DNA of 64,000 nt from Nitriliruptoraceae bacterium (GCA_040904825.1 JBBDSU010000057.1:12575-76574); one strand, 5' to 3'; shown: positions 10,255 through 20,061, counted from the first letter of the stretch. The notes: generated by a model not told the origin, from the sequence alone. Program-made: numbers and translations.

Positions 10255-11100
10255 GTGAGCGTCCACACTGTGGACGGGTCGTCGAGCGTGCCCCCATCCA
10301 CTCATACACGACCCGTTTCGATCCACGATCTCAAGGCCATCAAGCAACGTGGCGAACGTTTTGCGATGGTCACGGCCTATGACGCCAATGCTGCGTCGAT
10401 CCTTGACGACGCAGGGGTTCCGATCATGCTCGTCGGGGACTCGCTCGGAATGGTCGTGCTCGGCTACGAATCAACCGTGCCGGTCACCCTCGACGAGATC
10501 CTTCATCACACACGCGCCGTCGCGCGTGGACGATCCCGTGCGTTGGTGGTGACCGACCTGCCATTTGGGACCTACCAGCTCGGATCTGATGCCGCCATGA
10601 GCTCGGCCGTCGCCGCCCTCAAGGCCGGAGCCAACGCCGTCAAGCTCGAAGGAGGAGGCGAGACGATCACATCGACACGGCGCCTGGTGGCTGCCGGTAT
10701 TCCGGTCATGGGTCACATCGGACTGACTCCTCAGTCGATGCACCAATTCGGCGGCTACCGCGTTCAAGGGCGTGATGCGGCGGCAGCTGAACGACTGGTC
10801 GCCGACGCCATTGCGCTTGAAGAAGCCGGCGCCTTTTCCATCGTGATCGAGTGCGTGCCTACCGACGTCGGCCAACAAATCACCAACGCAGTGGAGGTCC
10901 CCACCATCGGTATCGGGGCCGGCCACCACACCGACGCGCAAGTGTTGGTGTGGCACGACCTGCTCGGACTGACCAGTGGAAGGCTTCCCCGATTCGTCAA
11001 GCCATACGTCAATCTGCGCGACACGATCGGCGATGCCATCAAGTCGTTCCAAACCGAAGTGGCCGACGGCGAGTATCCAGGACCAGAGCATCAGTACTGA
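10255..11100 (+). CDS. panB: 3-methyl-2-oxobutanoate hydroxymethyltransferase
   Basis: FAMVTAYDANAASILDDAGVPIMLVGDSLGMVVLGYESTVPVTLDEILHHTRAV is the PanB signature region. AGGAGGAG lies upstream of the GTG start. Confidence 0.9.
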   Translation: MSVHTVDGSSSVPPSTHTRPVSIHDLKAIKQRGERFAMVTAYDANAASILDDAGVPIMLVGDSLGMVVLGYESTVPVTLDEILHHTRAVARGRSRALVVTDLPFGTYQLGSDAAMSSAVAALKAGANAVKLEGGGETITSTRRLVAAGIPVMGHIGLTPQSMHQFGGYRVQGRDAAAAERLVADAIALEEAGAFSIVIECVPTDVGQQITNAVEVPTIGIGAGHHTDAQVLVWHDLLGLTSGRLPRFVKPYVNLRDTIGDAIKSFQTEVADGEYPGPEHQY

Positions 11101-11151
11101 CCGTCAACCGTAAGGCCAGCTCGACGGCGTGAGTACACGTCACCGCGTCGA

Positions 11152-11709
11152 TCAGCCCCGGGACGAAATGTGCTCACCTTCGGCCTCGCGTGCCAAGACA
11201 TAGAGCAGATCGGCGCACCGGTTCAAGTACCGCAACGGCACGGCATCCGCGAGCCCACCTTGCCGGTTGAGCGCCACCACGTGGCGCTCGGCGCGGCGAC
11301 AGATTGTTCGGGCGAGGTCAAGGGCGGCTGCTCCACGATGGCCACCTGGCACCACAAACTCACGCGGCAACGGATGGCGTTGGACGCACTCATCGATCAG
11401 ACGCTCAAGGTCTTCAACCATGGCGTCGTCAACCCGACTGACACCGACCTCCAGTCGTGACCATTGCTCGGCAGCTGTCGCTAGTTGAGCACCCAAGACG
11501 AACAGTTCTCGCTGAATCCGCAAGACCGTGGCGTAGAGCGAACCCGCGGGTGGCAGTTCGCACCGGGCCAGCCCCAGGGCGCTGCACGTCTCGTCAACCG
11601 TGCCATACGCCTCAGTGCGCAGGTCATCCTTGTCGACGCGGCCGCCATACAGCAGGCCGGTGGTGCCGTCGTCACCGTGCTTGGTGTAGACCTTCACCAA
11701 CTGTTCCAA
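11152..11709 (-). CDS. PduO-type ATP:cob(I)alamin adenosyltransferase
   Basis: N-terminus VKVYTKHGDDGTTGLLYGGRV and the overall 185-aa helical-bundle layout are typical of the PduO/MMAB family. Confidence 0.85.
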   Translation of the reverse strand: MEQLVKVYTKHGDDGTTGLLYGGRVDKDDLRTEAYGTVDETCSALGLARCELPPAGSLYATVLRIQRELFVLGAQLATAAEQWSRLEVGVSRVDDAMVEDLERLIDECVQRHPLPREFVVPGGHRGAAALDLARTICRRAERHVVALNRQGGLADAVPLRYLNRCADLLYVLAREAEGEHISSRG

Positions 11710-11924
11710 CTGGCACCAGCGTGCCGCTTGACGGTTGTCCAGCGATGCTACCGGGCGGGATTCGGCTACCGTTGCCGCCGATGTTGCCTCCTCACAACGT
11801 TGGCCTTGCGGTTGGTCAGCGTGAGTTGCAGCTGCCAGCGATCAACGCGTGTCGCAGTAGCCATTTGTCGTGACTGACTGCTCCTACCAGCGGCGCGGCC
11901 CGCCTCTGTCGCCCGGAGTTCACT

Positions 11925-12164
11925 GTGGAAGCAAGTGCGCGCCCCAAGGAACAGTTTCGGGTCCTACGGGCACAACGCGGCGGCTATGACGCCATCATGT
12001 TCGATGTCCAGTTGCAGGTGATCAACACCAGCGCGCTGGTATGGGCGCAGAGTTTCTCCGACGAGCAGCAAGCCGACGACTTCTACACGACGGTCGCCAC
12101 CGATCTTGACACGCTCGACGTTGCCGGCTTCCGCCGCAAGTACGGCGTGCCGTCGACGACATGA
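11925..12164 (+). CDS. Hypothetical small acidic protein (79 aa)
   Basis: ORF only. Composition is plausible and it fills the gap between two genes. No recognisable motif. Confidence 0.3.
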   Translation: MEASARPKEQFRVLRAQRGGYDAIMFDVQLQVINTSALVWAQSFSDEQQADDFYTTVATDLDTLDVAGFRRKYGVPSTT

Positions 12165-12226
12165 CTTGTTGTGACCCATCCCTTCGTGTGGCCGACCAGT
12201 GATGGCGTCGTTGGGGCGCTCATCCA

Positions 12227-13942
12227 GTGTTCGACCACGCGCAAGTATGTGACATGACACGGGCTGATAGCGGCGCGTGGCCTGCCGACGCCGCCGTCGT
12301 CAACGGGTCGGTCAGGGCCGATGTTGCCGTCATCGGTGCAGGCGCTGCCGGTCTGTATGCGTCCGCCTGCCTCCCCGACCACCTCAAAGTCGTGGTCGTC
12401 GACAAAGCCGCACCCACTGAGGCTTCAGGCTCGTCTCCATGGGCCCAAGGCGGCATCGCCGCGGCCGTCACCGACGAAGACAGCCCGCGAGCGCACGCGC
12501 AAGACACGCTGGCTGCGAGCGACGGGCTTGCAGATCCCGCGGCCGCATGGATTCTTGCCAATGAAGCGCCACGCCACGTTGCCCACCTTGTCGCCCACGG
12601 GGCTACGTTCGACCGGCAGGGAGAGGGTGTTGACGCACCACTGGAGCCCGCTCGCGAAGGTGGCCAACAGTTCGCGCGATCAGTCCGCCATGGTGATGCG
12701 TCGGGCGCCGAACTCATCCGTGTTCTTCGACACCTGGCGGCGCCAAAGGTGTCGCGCCTGACTGGCGTCGTCGACAGGCTCGCCGTCAACCAATCCGGGC
12801 GTGTCACTGGCGCCTGGGTCGTGGCTGATGGTCGCTGGATCAGGCTGCACTCAAGAGTCACCATCTTGGCGACTGGGGGCTGCGGAGGACTTTTTGCCGC
12901 GACCACCAACCCGGTGCATGCCACAGGTGATGGACTTGCGATCGCGTGGAGCGCCGGAGCGCATGTCCGCGATGTTGAGTTTGTCCAGTTCCACCCGACG
13001 GCGCTGGCCATCGGCCAGGGACACCGCTTCCTGCTGACGGAGGCACTGCGTGGCGCTGGTGCCACGCTGCACGATGCCGACGGGCGACGATTCATGACCA
13101 GCGTGCATCCCGCCGCTGAGCTTGCACCAAGGCATGTCGTCGCCGGCGCCATCCTCGACCTGCCAGATGGAGTCGCTTGGCTTGATGCGACCAATCTCGG
13201 CGCCGAAGTGCTCGCCTCGGAGTTCCCGACCATGCTTGCCGCTACGGCGTCATTTGGGCTCGACCTGCGCTCCGAGCGGATGCCGGTGTCTCCGGCCGCC
13301 CATTACCACATGGGTGGCGTATGGAGTGACCTCGACGCACGCACGTCTCGTCCAGGTCTGCTCGCCGCCGGCGAGGCAGCCTGCACAGGAGTCCATGGCG
13401 CCAATCGCATGGCAGGAAATTCTCTCAGCGAGGCATTGGTATTCGGAGCCCGCGCGGCCGCAAGCGCAGCCGCCGACTGCGCCCTCACCCCCGACGATCT
13501 CGACGAAGTTGATGAACGTGCGACATCGGAACCCGCCGGCTTGGCGTGGGATGGACCCGATGACAGCGCAAACACGTTGGATTGGTTGCGTCATCGCATG
13601 CTCAACGATGCCGGTCCACGTCGCAGCGGGGCACGCCTGGCAGCGCTGGTGCAGGACCTTGACGGTCAGTTGGCACGATTCCGTCATCAATCGAAGCGTG
13701 CTGCCGCCGCGCGATCCGATGGGTCCCCGGCCACAATCGTTCCGTCGAGTGATGACATTGGCCTGCGCCACGCGTTGATGGCTGCACGGCTCATCGCCCG
13801 ATCAGCGCTGCTGCGCACAGAATCGCGCGGCGGCCATCACCGCATCGACTTTCCGCATCGTGAACCGTCGTGGGATGACGTCCACCTCGACGTCGCTTCA
13901 GTCAGACCTGGCGACGAGGACGCCATCCAAGCCGTTCGCTGA
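12227..13942 (+). CDS. nadB: L-aspartate oxidase
   Basis: FAD fold DVAVIGAGAAGLYAS. Also HYHMGGV and ESRGGHHRIDFP motifs of the NadB / succinate dehydrogenase flavoprotein family. The start may be the internal ATG near 12254. Confidence 0.85.
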   Translation: MFDHAQVCDMTRADSGAWPADAAVVNGSVRADVAVIGAGAAGLYASACLPDHLKVVVVDKAAPTEASGSSPWAQGGIAAAVTDEDSPRAHAQDTLAASDGLADPAAAWILANEAPRHVAHLVAHGATFDRQGEGVDAPLEPAREGGQQFARSVRHGDASGAELIRVLRHLAAPKVSRLTGVVDRLAVNQSGRVTGAWVVADGRWIRLHSRVTILATGGCGGLFAATTNPVHATGDGLAIAWSAGAHVRDVEFVQFHPTALAIGQGHRFLLTEALRGAGATLHDADGRRFMTSVHPAAELAPRHVVAGAILDLPDGVAWLDATNLGAEVLASEFPTMLAATASFGLDLRSERMPVSPAAHYHMGGVWSDLDARTSRPGLLAAGEAACTGVHGANRMAGNSLSEALVFGARAAASAAADCALTPDDLDEVDERATSEPAGLAWDGPDDSANTLDWLRHRMLNDAGPRRSGARLAALVQDLDGQLARFRHQSKRAAAARSDGSPATIVPSSDDIGLRHALMAARLIARSALLRTESRGGHHRIDFPHREPSWDDVHLDVASVRPGDEDAIQAVR

Positions 13943-14630
13943 TCTCGCGCGCCGACCGCAGTACCCGCAGGGCAACCGTGTCCGGTTCGGGCAGCCTGGC
14001 TGTAGGCGCCACGATGCCGACCGCAGCCACGGCCCTGCCTGTGTGATCGAAGACTGGTGCAGCCACTCCTGATGCACCGGGTTCGAGCTCGTCGCGTGTG
14101 TAGGCAACACCTCGCTGGCGCACTGGTTGCAGTTCGGCGACCCGCGCACCTTCCGGGAGGAACGCCAGGAGTGCTTTGCCATGGGCGGCGACACCGAGAG
14201 GGTGGCGGAACCCGACGCGGTAGTTGATCTGGACAAATCGCTCGCCGGGTTCGATGACCTCTACCACCACGAGATCATCCCGGTCACGCACTGCCAGACA
14301 CGCGGTTTCGCCTGTGTCGTCGGCCAGAGACCTCAGCGGCGGACCCGCCAACCGCCGCACCTCAAGCCCCTGCGCGGCACGCACACCGAGTTCAAGCACA
14401 GACAAGCCGAGTCGGTAGCGCCGCGTATCCGGATCGCGTGTGACGAATCCTTCGTGCGCCAAAGTGTCCAACAGGCGGTACAGGACCGCACGGTCAAGTC
14501 CCGTCGCGTCCGCCAACCCTGACACCGTGGCGCCGTCTGACTGCCTGCCCAACGCCGTCAGCAGTGACAAGCCTCTCGCAAGCGTGCGAGAACCAGTGGC
14601 GCGTGATCCACGGGTCGTGCCGTCAGGCAT
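13902..14630 (-). CDS. IclR-family transcriptional regulator
   Basis: N-terminal wHTH (LARGLSLLTALGRQSDGATVSGLADATGLDRAVLYRLLDTLAHEGFV) followed by an IclR effector domain. Confidence 0.85.
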   Translation of the reverse strand: MPDGTTRGSRATGSRTLARGLSLLTALGRQSDGATVSGLADATGLDRAVLYRLLDTLAHEGFVTRDPDTRRYRLGLSVLELGVRAAQGLEVRRLAGPPLRSLADDTGETACLAVRDRDDLVVVEVIEPGERFVQINYRVGFRHPLGVAAHGKALLAFLPEGARVAELQPVRQRGVAYTRDELEPGASGVAAPVFDHTGRAVAAVGIVAPTARLPEPDTVALRVLRSAREISERLGWRPRRQV

Positions 14631-14866
14631 TGACGATCCTCTCGTTCCTCGCCGCCCCGATAGTCATCGCACCTACGACCACCGCGCACGGGCCGCGCCG
14701 AGTGTGCTGCGCGACCAACGCACGGTCAAGCGCGAGTTGCGATCGACACGACGACTTGCCTGACGAAGCTCAGTCCACGGATGAGCGTCGACGACTCAAT
14801 GTCACAGCCGGCCGAACACCCATCGCTACCATCACGGCGTCCACTCCCAGGTCAACGACAGGTCGT

Positions 14867-15439
14867 ATGGTGCCCGACGAGATCGAGAATCTGCTCGGTG
14901 GAACCCGCCGCGCGTTCGACAAGCTTTTCGAACAGCGGATCGTGTTCCTCAAGGGCCAACTGGACGATGAACTCACGGACCAGATTGTGGCGCAACTGCT
15001 GGCGCTGGATGCCGACGGCAACGACGACATCACGATGTATGTGAACTCGCCCGGCGGCATCATCACGGGAATGTTCGCGATCTACGACACGATGCGGCTG
15101 CTGTCGAGCAAGGTCAACACTCGCTGCGTCGGACTCGCCGCTTCTGCCGGGGCTTTCTTGCTGGGCACTGGAACTGGCACACGCGGTTCGACGGAGAACG
15201 CCCGCATCATGATTCACCAGCCCATGGGCGGAACACAGGGCAGCGCCAAGGACATCGAGATCCAGGCCAAGAACATCGTGTGGATGCGTGAACGCATCAA
15301 TGAGATCCTCGCAGGCCGCACCGGGCAGTCCGTCGAGAAGATCGCCCAAGACACCGACCGTGACTACTGGATGACCGCAGCCGAAGCAGTGACCTATGGC
15401 CTGATCGACGAGGTCATCGAACCTGGCCGTGGGAGCTGA
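14867..15439 (+). CDS. clpP: ClpP-family serine protease subunit (stand-alone paralogue)
   Basis: FEQRIVFLKGQLDDELTDQIVAQLLALDADGNDDITMYVNSPGG. Catalytic triad contexts are present: GLAASAGAFL (Ser), IMIHQPMGG (His), DTDRDYWMTA (Asp). The ORF track starts at 14564, but ATG at 14867 gives the canonical N-terminal length. Confidence 0.8.
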   Translation: MVPDEIENLLGGTRRAFDKLFEQRIVFLKGQLDDELTDQIVAQLLALDADGNDDITMYVNSPGGIITGMFAIYDTMRLLSSKVNTRCVGLAASAGAFLLGTGTGTRGSTENARIMIHQPMGGTQGSAKDIEIQAKNIVWMRERINEILAGRTGQSVEKIAQDTDRDYWMTAAEAVTYGLIDEVIEPGRGS

Positions 15440-15686
15440 ATCGAACCTAACGCCCTCAACGTGCGATCATGGGACCGGCCGCCGTTTGGATGGGCATGTC
15501 GAATCCGATGCTTGCGCCGCGCTTGACACAACATTGATCCCGGTTGATCAATACTTCGACGCATGGGACTTCGAAGGCGGCGCACTCGTCGCCACTCATG
15601 CCGGGTCCGACGTGTTCCATCCTGCCACCGGCTGACGATGTCACTGATCGCAGGTTCACCTTGAAGCCGCAACGGGAGAGGGCGCA

Positions 15687-16385
15687 ATGAGTGTTCGCAC
15701 CGCACTGGTCACTGGAAGCGCGCAGGGCATTGGGCGCGCGACTGCTCACGCATTGGCTGATCACGGCCACCACGTCATCGGCCTTGACGTACGCGAGCAG
15801 GACGACGGGCCGATGGCCCGAACTGTGGTTGCCGATCTCGCCGACCACTCGAGTCTGGATCATCTCGTCGGTGAACTTGGACCGATCGACATTCTCGTCA
15901 ACAACGCTGGACTGTTGATCGAAACTCCGCTGGAGTCAACAACCTTCGTCGAGTTCGAACGCATCATGACCGTCAACGTATGGGCCGCATTCGCGCTGGC
16001 GCGTGCTGCAAGTACCTCAATGCGCGAGCGGCAATGGGGCCGGATCATCAACATCGCCAGCATCGCCGCGCGTACAGGCTCAACCAGGCCAGCGATGGCA
16101 TACGGCGCCTCCAAAGCAGCGCTCGTCGCGGTGACCAAGCATCTGGCAACGAATTTCGGGCCCTACGGCATTACCGTCAACGCGATTGCCCCCGGCGCGA
16201 TCGACACGCCAATGTCACGTGGACAAGGTCTCGGTACCACGATGATGCCCCGAGAAGACATCCCACTGCGCCGTCATGCAGAGCCAGAGGAGGTTGCATC
16301 CGTGGTGGCGTTCCTCGCCTCCGAGGAAGCGAGTTTCGTCCACGGGACGACCATCGATGTCAACGGCGGCAAACTTATGGTGTGA
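15687..16385 (+). CDS. Short-chain dehydrogenase/reductase (FabG-like)
   Basis: TGSAQGIGRA cofactor motif, NNAG, and YGASKAAL catalytic motif. Confidence 0.85.
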   Translation: MSVRTALVTGSAQGIGRATAHALADHGHHVIGLDVREQDDGPMARTVVADLADHSSLDHLVGELGPIDILVNNAGLLIETPLESTTFVEFERIMTVNVWAAFALARAASTSMRERQWGRIINIASIAARTGSTRPAMAYGASKAALVAVTKHLATNFGPYGITVNAIAPGAIDTPMSRGQGLGTTMMPREDIPLRRHAEPEEVASVVAFLASEEASFVHGTTIDVNGGKLMV

Positions 16386-17484
16386 GCAGGCGTCTCAAGC
16401 CGTTGGTCATGTCAGCGACCAATCGACGACTGAGTGCAGCATGCGGCACTGCCGTGAAGAATCCGTGTGGCGCACCTGGATACAGATGGAGCTCGACGTC
16501 GACGCCGTCGCTGATCATGCGTGAGACGAAATCAAGATTCTCGTCTACGAACAGGTCAAGCGTTCCGGTCGCCATGTACGTGGGCGCGAGTCCGCTGACG
16601 TCATCGGCACGGGCGGGTGCCGCATATGGCGACACCCGTGATGTCCCTGCGGCGTCGCCGAGGTAGCACCGCCACGCAAACAGATTCTTGTCGCGATTCC
16701 ACACACGAGGTTCGACGATCCGGTGGCTTGAACGTGTCACGTTGCGATCATCAAGCATCGGGTAGATCACGACGATCGCAGCCGGTTTGAACTCGTTCCC
16801 ATTCTGATGGACGCTTGCGGTGCCAAGGCAGGCAGCATCAACGGCATGGTTGCCGGTGTTATGCGTCCGCGAAGCGTCCGCGAGGGCTTCAAGCGCCCCA
16901 TCGATGCCATGATCCCGCAGCAGCAATGCCAGTGCGAGAGCCGAACCGCCGCCCGAACTGGCACCCCCGATGGCAATTCGACCGACGTCGATATCCCATT
17001 GGCCAGCGTGACCGACAACCCACATCAATCCGGTTACTGCGTCGATCATCTCTGCTGGAAACGGATCATCGGGTGACGGCCGCCAGTCCACAGAGAACGC
17101 GTCGCATCCAACCTCAAGGCACCATTCTTGGAGCAGCGCATCGTCCTGATCGACAGAGCCGACCAGATGCCCGCCACCGTGGATCCAATACAGCCCCGGA
17201 CGTGGACCATCGAGATCGCGCCGGTGATACCCCCTGACAACAAGATCCGGCAGTGGATCTCGAACGACGACATGGTCGACGATCTCGACACGTTCGTCCG
17301 GGACGAAGGCATCGCGCCGCGCCTGACGGTTGCGTGCCGTCAACGCCCGCCGGGTCGCACGGTCGGTGAAATCGTCGACAGGCCGTGCCGCAATTACCGA
17401 CGCGATCTCGTGATCGATCCGGTTGAGGAACGTACTGCCCAAGCCGAAACCGTCATCGCACGGGTCCGGTAAAGGCGACATCAA
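16375..17484 (-). CDS. Alpha/beta hydrolase (hormone-sensitive-lipase-type esterase)
   Basis: Oxyanion motif IHGGGH and nucleophile elbow GGASSGG. Confidence 0.8.
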   Translation of the reverse strand: MMSPLPDPCDDGFGLGSTFLNRIDHEIASVIAARPVDDFTDRATRRALTARNRQARRDAFVPDERVEIVDHVVVRDPLPDLVVRGYHRRDLDGPRPGLYWIHGGGHLVGSVDQDDALLQEWCLEVGCDAFSVDWRPSPDDPFPAEMIDAVTGLMWVVGHAGQWDIDVGRIAIGGASSGGGSALALALLLRDHGIDGALEALADASRTHNTGNHAVDAACLGTASVHQNGNEFKPAAIVVIYPMLDDRNVTRSSHRIVEPRVWNRDKNLFAWRCYLGDAAGTSRVSPYAAPARADDVSGLAPTYMATGTLDLFVDENLDFVSRMISDGVDVELHLYPGAPHGFFTAVPHAALSRRLVADMTNGLRRLLTP

Positions 17485-17517
17485 GCGCTGCGACTCCCTA
17501 GATGGCCACTGGTCAGA

Positions 17518-18645
17518 TCAGGACGCTTTGGCATCTTCAACGTAGAGGTAGTACTCCTCGTCTTCTTCTTCCCAGTCCATCTCGACGATGTCTTTGGTGA
17601 CAGCCGCCTTGCAGAACTGCAGGAAGCCGGAGTACCCGAGGTTTTTCTCGGAGAAGTTGGGGTCCCGTTTGCGCAACTGATCTTTGAGACCAGACAGCGG
17701 CGGGTCCCCGCCAAGTTCCTTCATCAACTCTGCGACGGTCGTGCGCAACAGCTGGAAAGCGGCATCTTCGTCTCGCGGCGCTGAAGGGAAATCGACCTCC
17801 GGATCCCCAGGTGCGGATCCATCCTGGAGGACCAAGACCTTCTGTTCCTCGAGATGGCGCAGCAGTTCTCGAAAACCTCGGAAGCCGTAGTCCTGTTCGG
17901 AAAACGTCGGATCCTTGCGTAGCAGCGCACGCTTGAGATTCGACGCTTGGATCGCTCCGGCTCCGCTCGACGACGACTGCAACCCTGACAGCGTGCGAGT
18001 GATCACACGTTCGAGCTTGCGCAGGTCCTGCTTCTGCGAAGAACTGCCCTCGTGGGAGGAATCCTTGGTTTTCTTCTCTCCGGAGGTTTGTGGAGCGGAC
18101 GACTTCGACCGGCCTTTGGAGCCCGCCCTTCCTCCAGAACCCCGCCCCTTGGAGTCGCGGAGCGGAATGCCCTCGAGGCGGTCGTAGAACAAGAACTCGT
18201 CACACGCCGGCGGCAGCATCTGCGACGTCGAGCCCTTGAGTCCTACGCCGATGACCCGTTTGTTCAATTCCCTGAGCTTGCTGACCAGCGGAGTGAAGTC
18301 CGAGTCTCCCGACACGATGACAAACGTCGAAACAAACCCTCGAGTCAGCGCGAGTTCCATCGCATCGACAGCCATCTGGATATCGGCCGCGTTCTTACGC
18401 ACCGAATCGCTGCGCTGGGGAATCTCGATCAGTTCGACGTTCGCATCGACCATCTGCCGGCGATCATCACTAAACAAGTTCCAGTCAGCGTACGCTCGGC
18501 GGGTAATCAACCGTCCGCGATCAGCCAACGCATCCAACAGTGGACGCGGATCGAAGCGGTACCCAATATCGCGGGCGCCGATTGCCACGTTTTCGTGGTC
18601 GATGTAGAGCGCGAGGCGTTCTTCGTTCGAATCTGTGGTAGCCAT
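17518..18645 (-). CDS. NYN-domain ribonuclease-like protein with two C-terminal OST-HTH (LOTUS) domains
   Basis: N-terminal LALYIDHENVAIGA...VIVSGDSDFTPLVSKLRE is a LabA/NYN fold with its acidic residues. A Ser/Gly/Lys-rich linker follows. Two repeats then fit OST-HTH: LKRALLRKDPTFSEQDYGFRGFRELLRHLEEQ and LKDQLRKRDPNFSEKNLGYSGFLQFCKAAV. Confidence 0.75.
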   Translation of the reverse strand: MATTDSNEERLALYIDHENVAIGARDIGYRFDPRPLLDALADRGRLITRRAYADWNLFSDDRRQMVDANVELIEIPQRSDSVRKNAADIQMAVDAMELALTRGFVSTFVIVSGDSDFTPLVSKLRELNKRVIGVGLKGSTSQMLPPACDEFLFYDRLEGIPLRDSKGRGSGGRAGSKGRSKSSAPQTSGEKKTKDSSHEGSSSQKQDLRKLERVITRTLSGLQSSSSGAGAIQASNLKRALLRKDPTFSEQDYGFRGFRELLRHLEEQKVLVLQDGSAPGDPEVDFPSAPRDEDAAFQLLRTTVAELMKELGGDPPLSGLKDQLRKRDPNFSEKNLGYSGFLQFCKAAVTKDIVEMDWEEEDEEYYLYVEDAKAS

Positions 18646-18687
18646 AGCGCCACACTACTGCGTCGGCAAAGCCCCCGGAGTCAGCCT

Positions 18688-20031
18688 GTGCCATCAACGT
18701 CACCACGGCGCGACCGCGATGGATCGCCAGATCGACGGCCATCCGCGCTTGGCCCAACGGCGGCGCAAATTCGACGAGTCGGGCGTGCTGGCGTCAATCG
18801 TCTATCGGGATCAGTCCGGTCGCTGTTCGAAACTGGCGGCAGCGGATTCCGCAACCTTGCAGTCACCCACGCATTCAGCATGGCGACGGACACTTTGGTC
18901 GCCATTGGCCTAGCCGGCACTTTGTTCTTCTCAGTGCCATCGACAGAGGCCCGCAGCAACGTCGCCCTCTACCTCCTGCTCACCGTTGCACCCTTCGCCA
19001 TCATCGGACCAACCCTTGGACGAATCCTGGACCGCACACCGGTCGCAACACGGGGCTTGCTCGTAGCGGCAGCGGTCGGGCGTGCACTGTTGGCGCTGAC
19101 CTTGCTGGGCCGCACAACAACTTGGTGGTTATTCCCAGCCGCGTTCGGGCTGCTGGTGCTGTCACGAGTCCACACGATCACGCGCAACACGCTCCTTCCA
19201 CTGTCCTTGGACGAACCTCGGGCGCTGGTGACAGCTAACGCACGTTTGGCCTGGATTGGCATGCTGGCAGGACTCTTGGCCGCTGGCTTCGGCGTTGCTA
19301 CAACCGCAATAGCCGGCGTCGAAGGACCTCTCGCGCTGGCAGTGTTGACGGCCGCGACTGCAGCGTGGCTCGGCCGGTCCCTTCCCGATCCTGATAGCGC
19401 CGACGTTCAGCGCGTCCATGGGCAGCATCCTCGACTGTCGGTACCTAGGCGCGTTCATCTCGCTCAGTTGGCCACGGCCGGAGTCCGCACATTCAACGGA
19501 TTCTTGTTGCTCCTGCTGGCGTTTGCGCTGCGAGACATTGACGCCGGGCTGCTTGATTTCGGCGCCTTGCTCGGGGCGGGAGCTGCCGGATACGCCATCG
19601 CGTCACGCATCGTGCCGCTGCTCGAACGTCGCGTCCGCGAGGAACCAATGGTCGTCGGCGCGCTGTCCATCACCGCGGCGACAGCGTTCGCGGCGGGCCA
19701 ATGGTTCGGCATGGCGGCCGCAGCCGCGACCGCCGGCATCGCAGGGTTTGCCTGGGGCGTCGCCAAACTTGCGTTTGACGGCCTGTTGCAGTCGACCGTC
19801 AACCCTGCTCGACGGGGGGCCGCCTTCACCCGCTCCGAGACGGTCTTTTCGATCGCATTTGTAGCCGGCGCAATACTTCCGACCACGTTCACCATCGATG
19901 CGGCGCTCGGCTTGGTGTTGACTGGCTTCGCAGCGCTGGCAGCACAGCTGGTGTACGTCGCTGCGCTGCTCGCCCCGCCGGGAGAACGACGACCTGACCG
20001 GCGAGTCAGGGAACCAAACCAGGACCTGTGA
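18688..20031 (+). CDS. Polytopic membrane transporter, MFS-like
   Basis: Many hydrophobic helices starting at ...FRNLAVTHAFSMATDTLVAIGLAGTLFFSV. The ORF-track start at 18052 is antisense to the NYN gene. GTG at 18688 is the first start past that gene, and ATG at 18880 is an alternative. Confidence 0.55.
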   Translation: MPSTSPRRDRDGSPDRRPSALGPTAAQIRRVGRAGVNRLSGSVRSLFETGGSGFRNLAVTHAFSMATDTLVAIGLAGTLFFSVPSTEARSNVALYLLLTVAPFAIIGPTLGRILDRTPVATRGLLVAAAVGRALLALTLLGRTTTWWLFPAAFGLLVLSRVHTITRNTLLPLSLDEPRALVTANARLAWIGMLAGLLAAGFGVATTAIAGVEGPLALAVLTAATAAWLGRSLPDPDSADVQRVHGQHPRLSVPRRVHLAQLATAGVRTFNGFLLLLLAFALRDIDAGLLDFGALLGAGAAGYAIASRIVPLLERRVREEPMVVGALSITAATAFAAGQWFGMAAAAATAGIAGFAWGVAKLAFDGLLQSTVNPARRGAAFTRSETVFSIAFVAGAILPTTFTIDAALGLVLTGFAALAAQLVYVAALLAPPGERRPDRRVREPNQDL

Positions 20032-20061
20032 CTTCAGCAACCATGCCAGTGACGTTGCGGA

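Noticed and set aside
11766-11864. 32-codon Arg-rich minus-strand mini-ORF (MATATRVDRWQLQLTLTNRKANVVRRQHRRQR) upstream of the adenosyltransferase gene
   Set aside because: The AGGAG is about 17 nt from the ATG, which is too far. No known family was recognised, and conservation cannot be assessed here.
12220-13233. 337-aa minus-strand ORF antisense to nadB
   Set aside because: The Ser/Ala/Pro/Arg-rich low-complexity translation has no motif. The plus-strand frame carries clear NadB motifs.
15429-15635. 68-aa ORF in the gap between clpP and the SDR gene
   Set aside because: It starts inside the clpP 3' end, has no RBS I could see and no motif. I considered a RiPP or mycofactocin-like precursor, but no C-terminal signature or maturase genes are present.
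18052-18687. N-terminal 210 codons of the 659-aa plus-strand ORF
   Set aside because: This part is antisense to the well-supported NYN/OST-HTH gene and is Arg-rich. Only the hydrophobic part after about 18688 looks like a real membrane protein.
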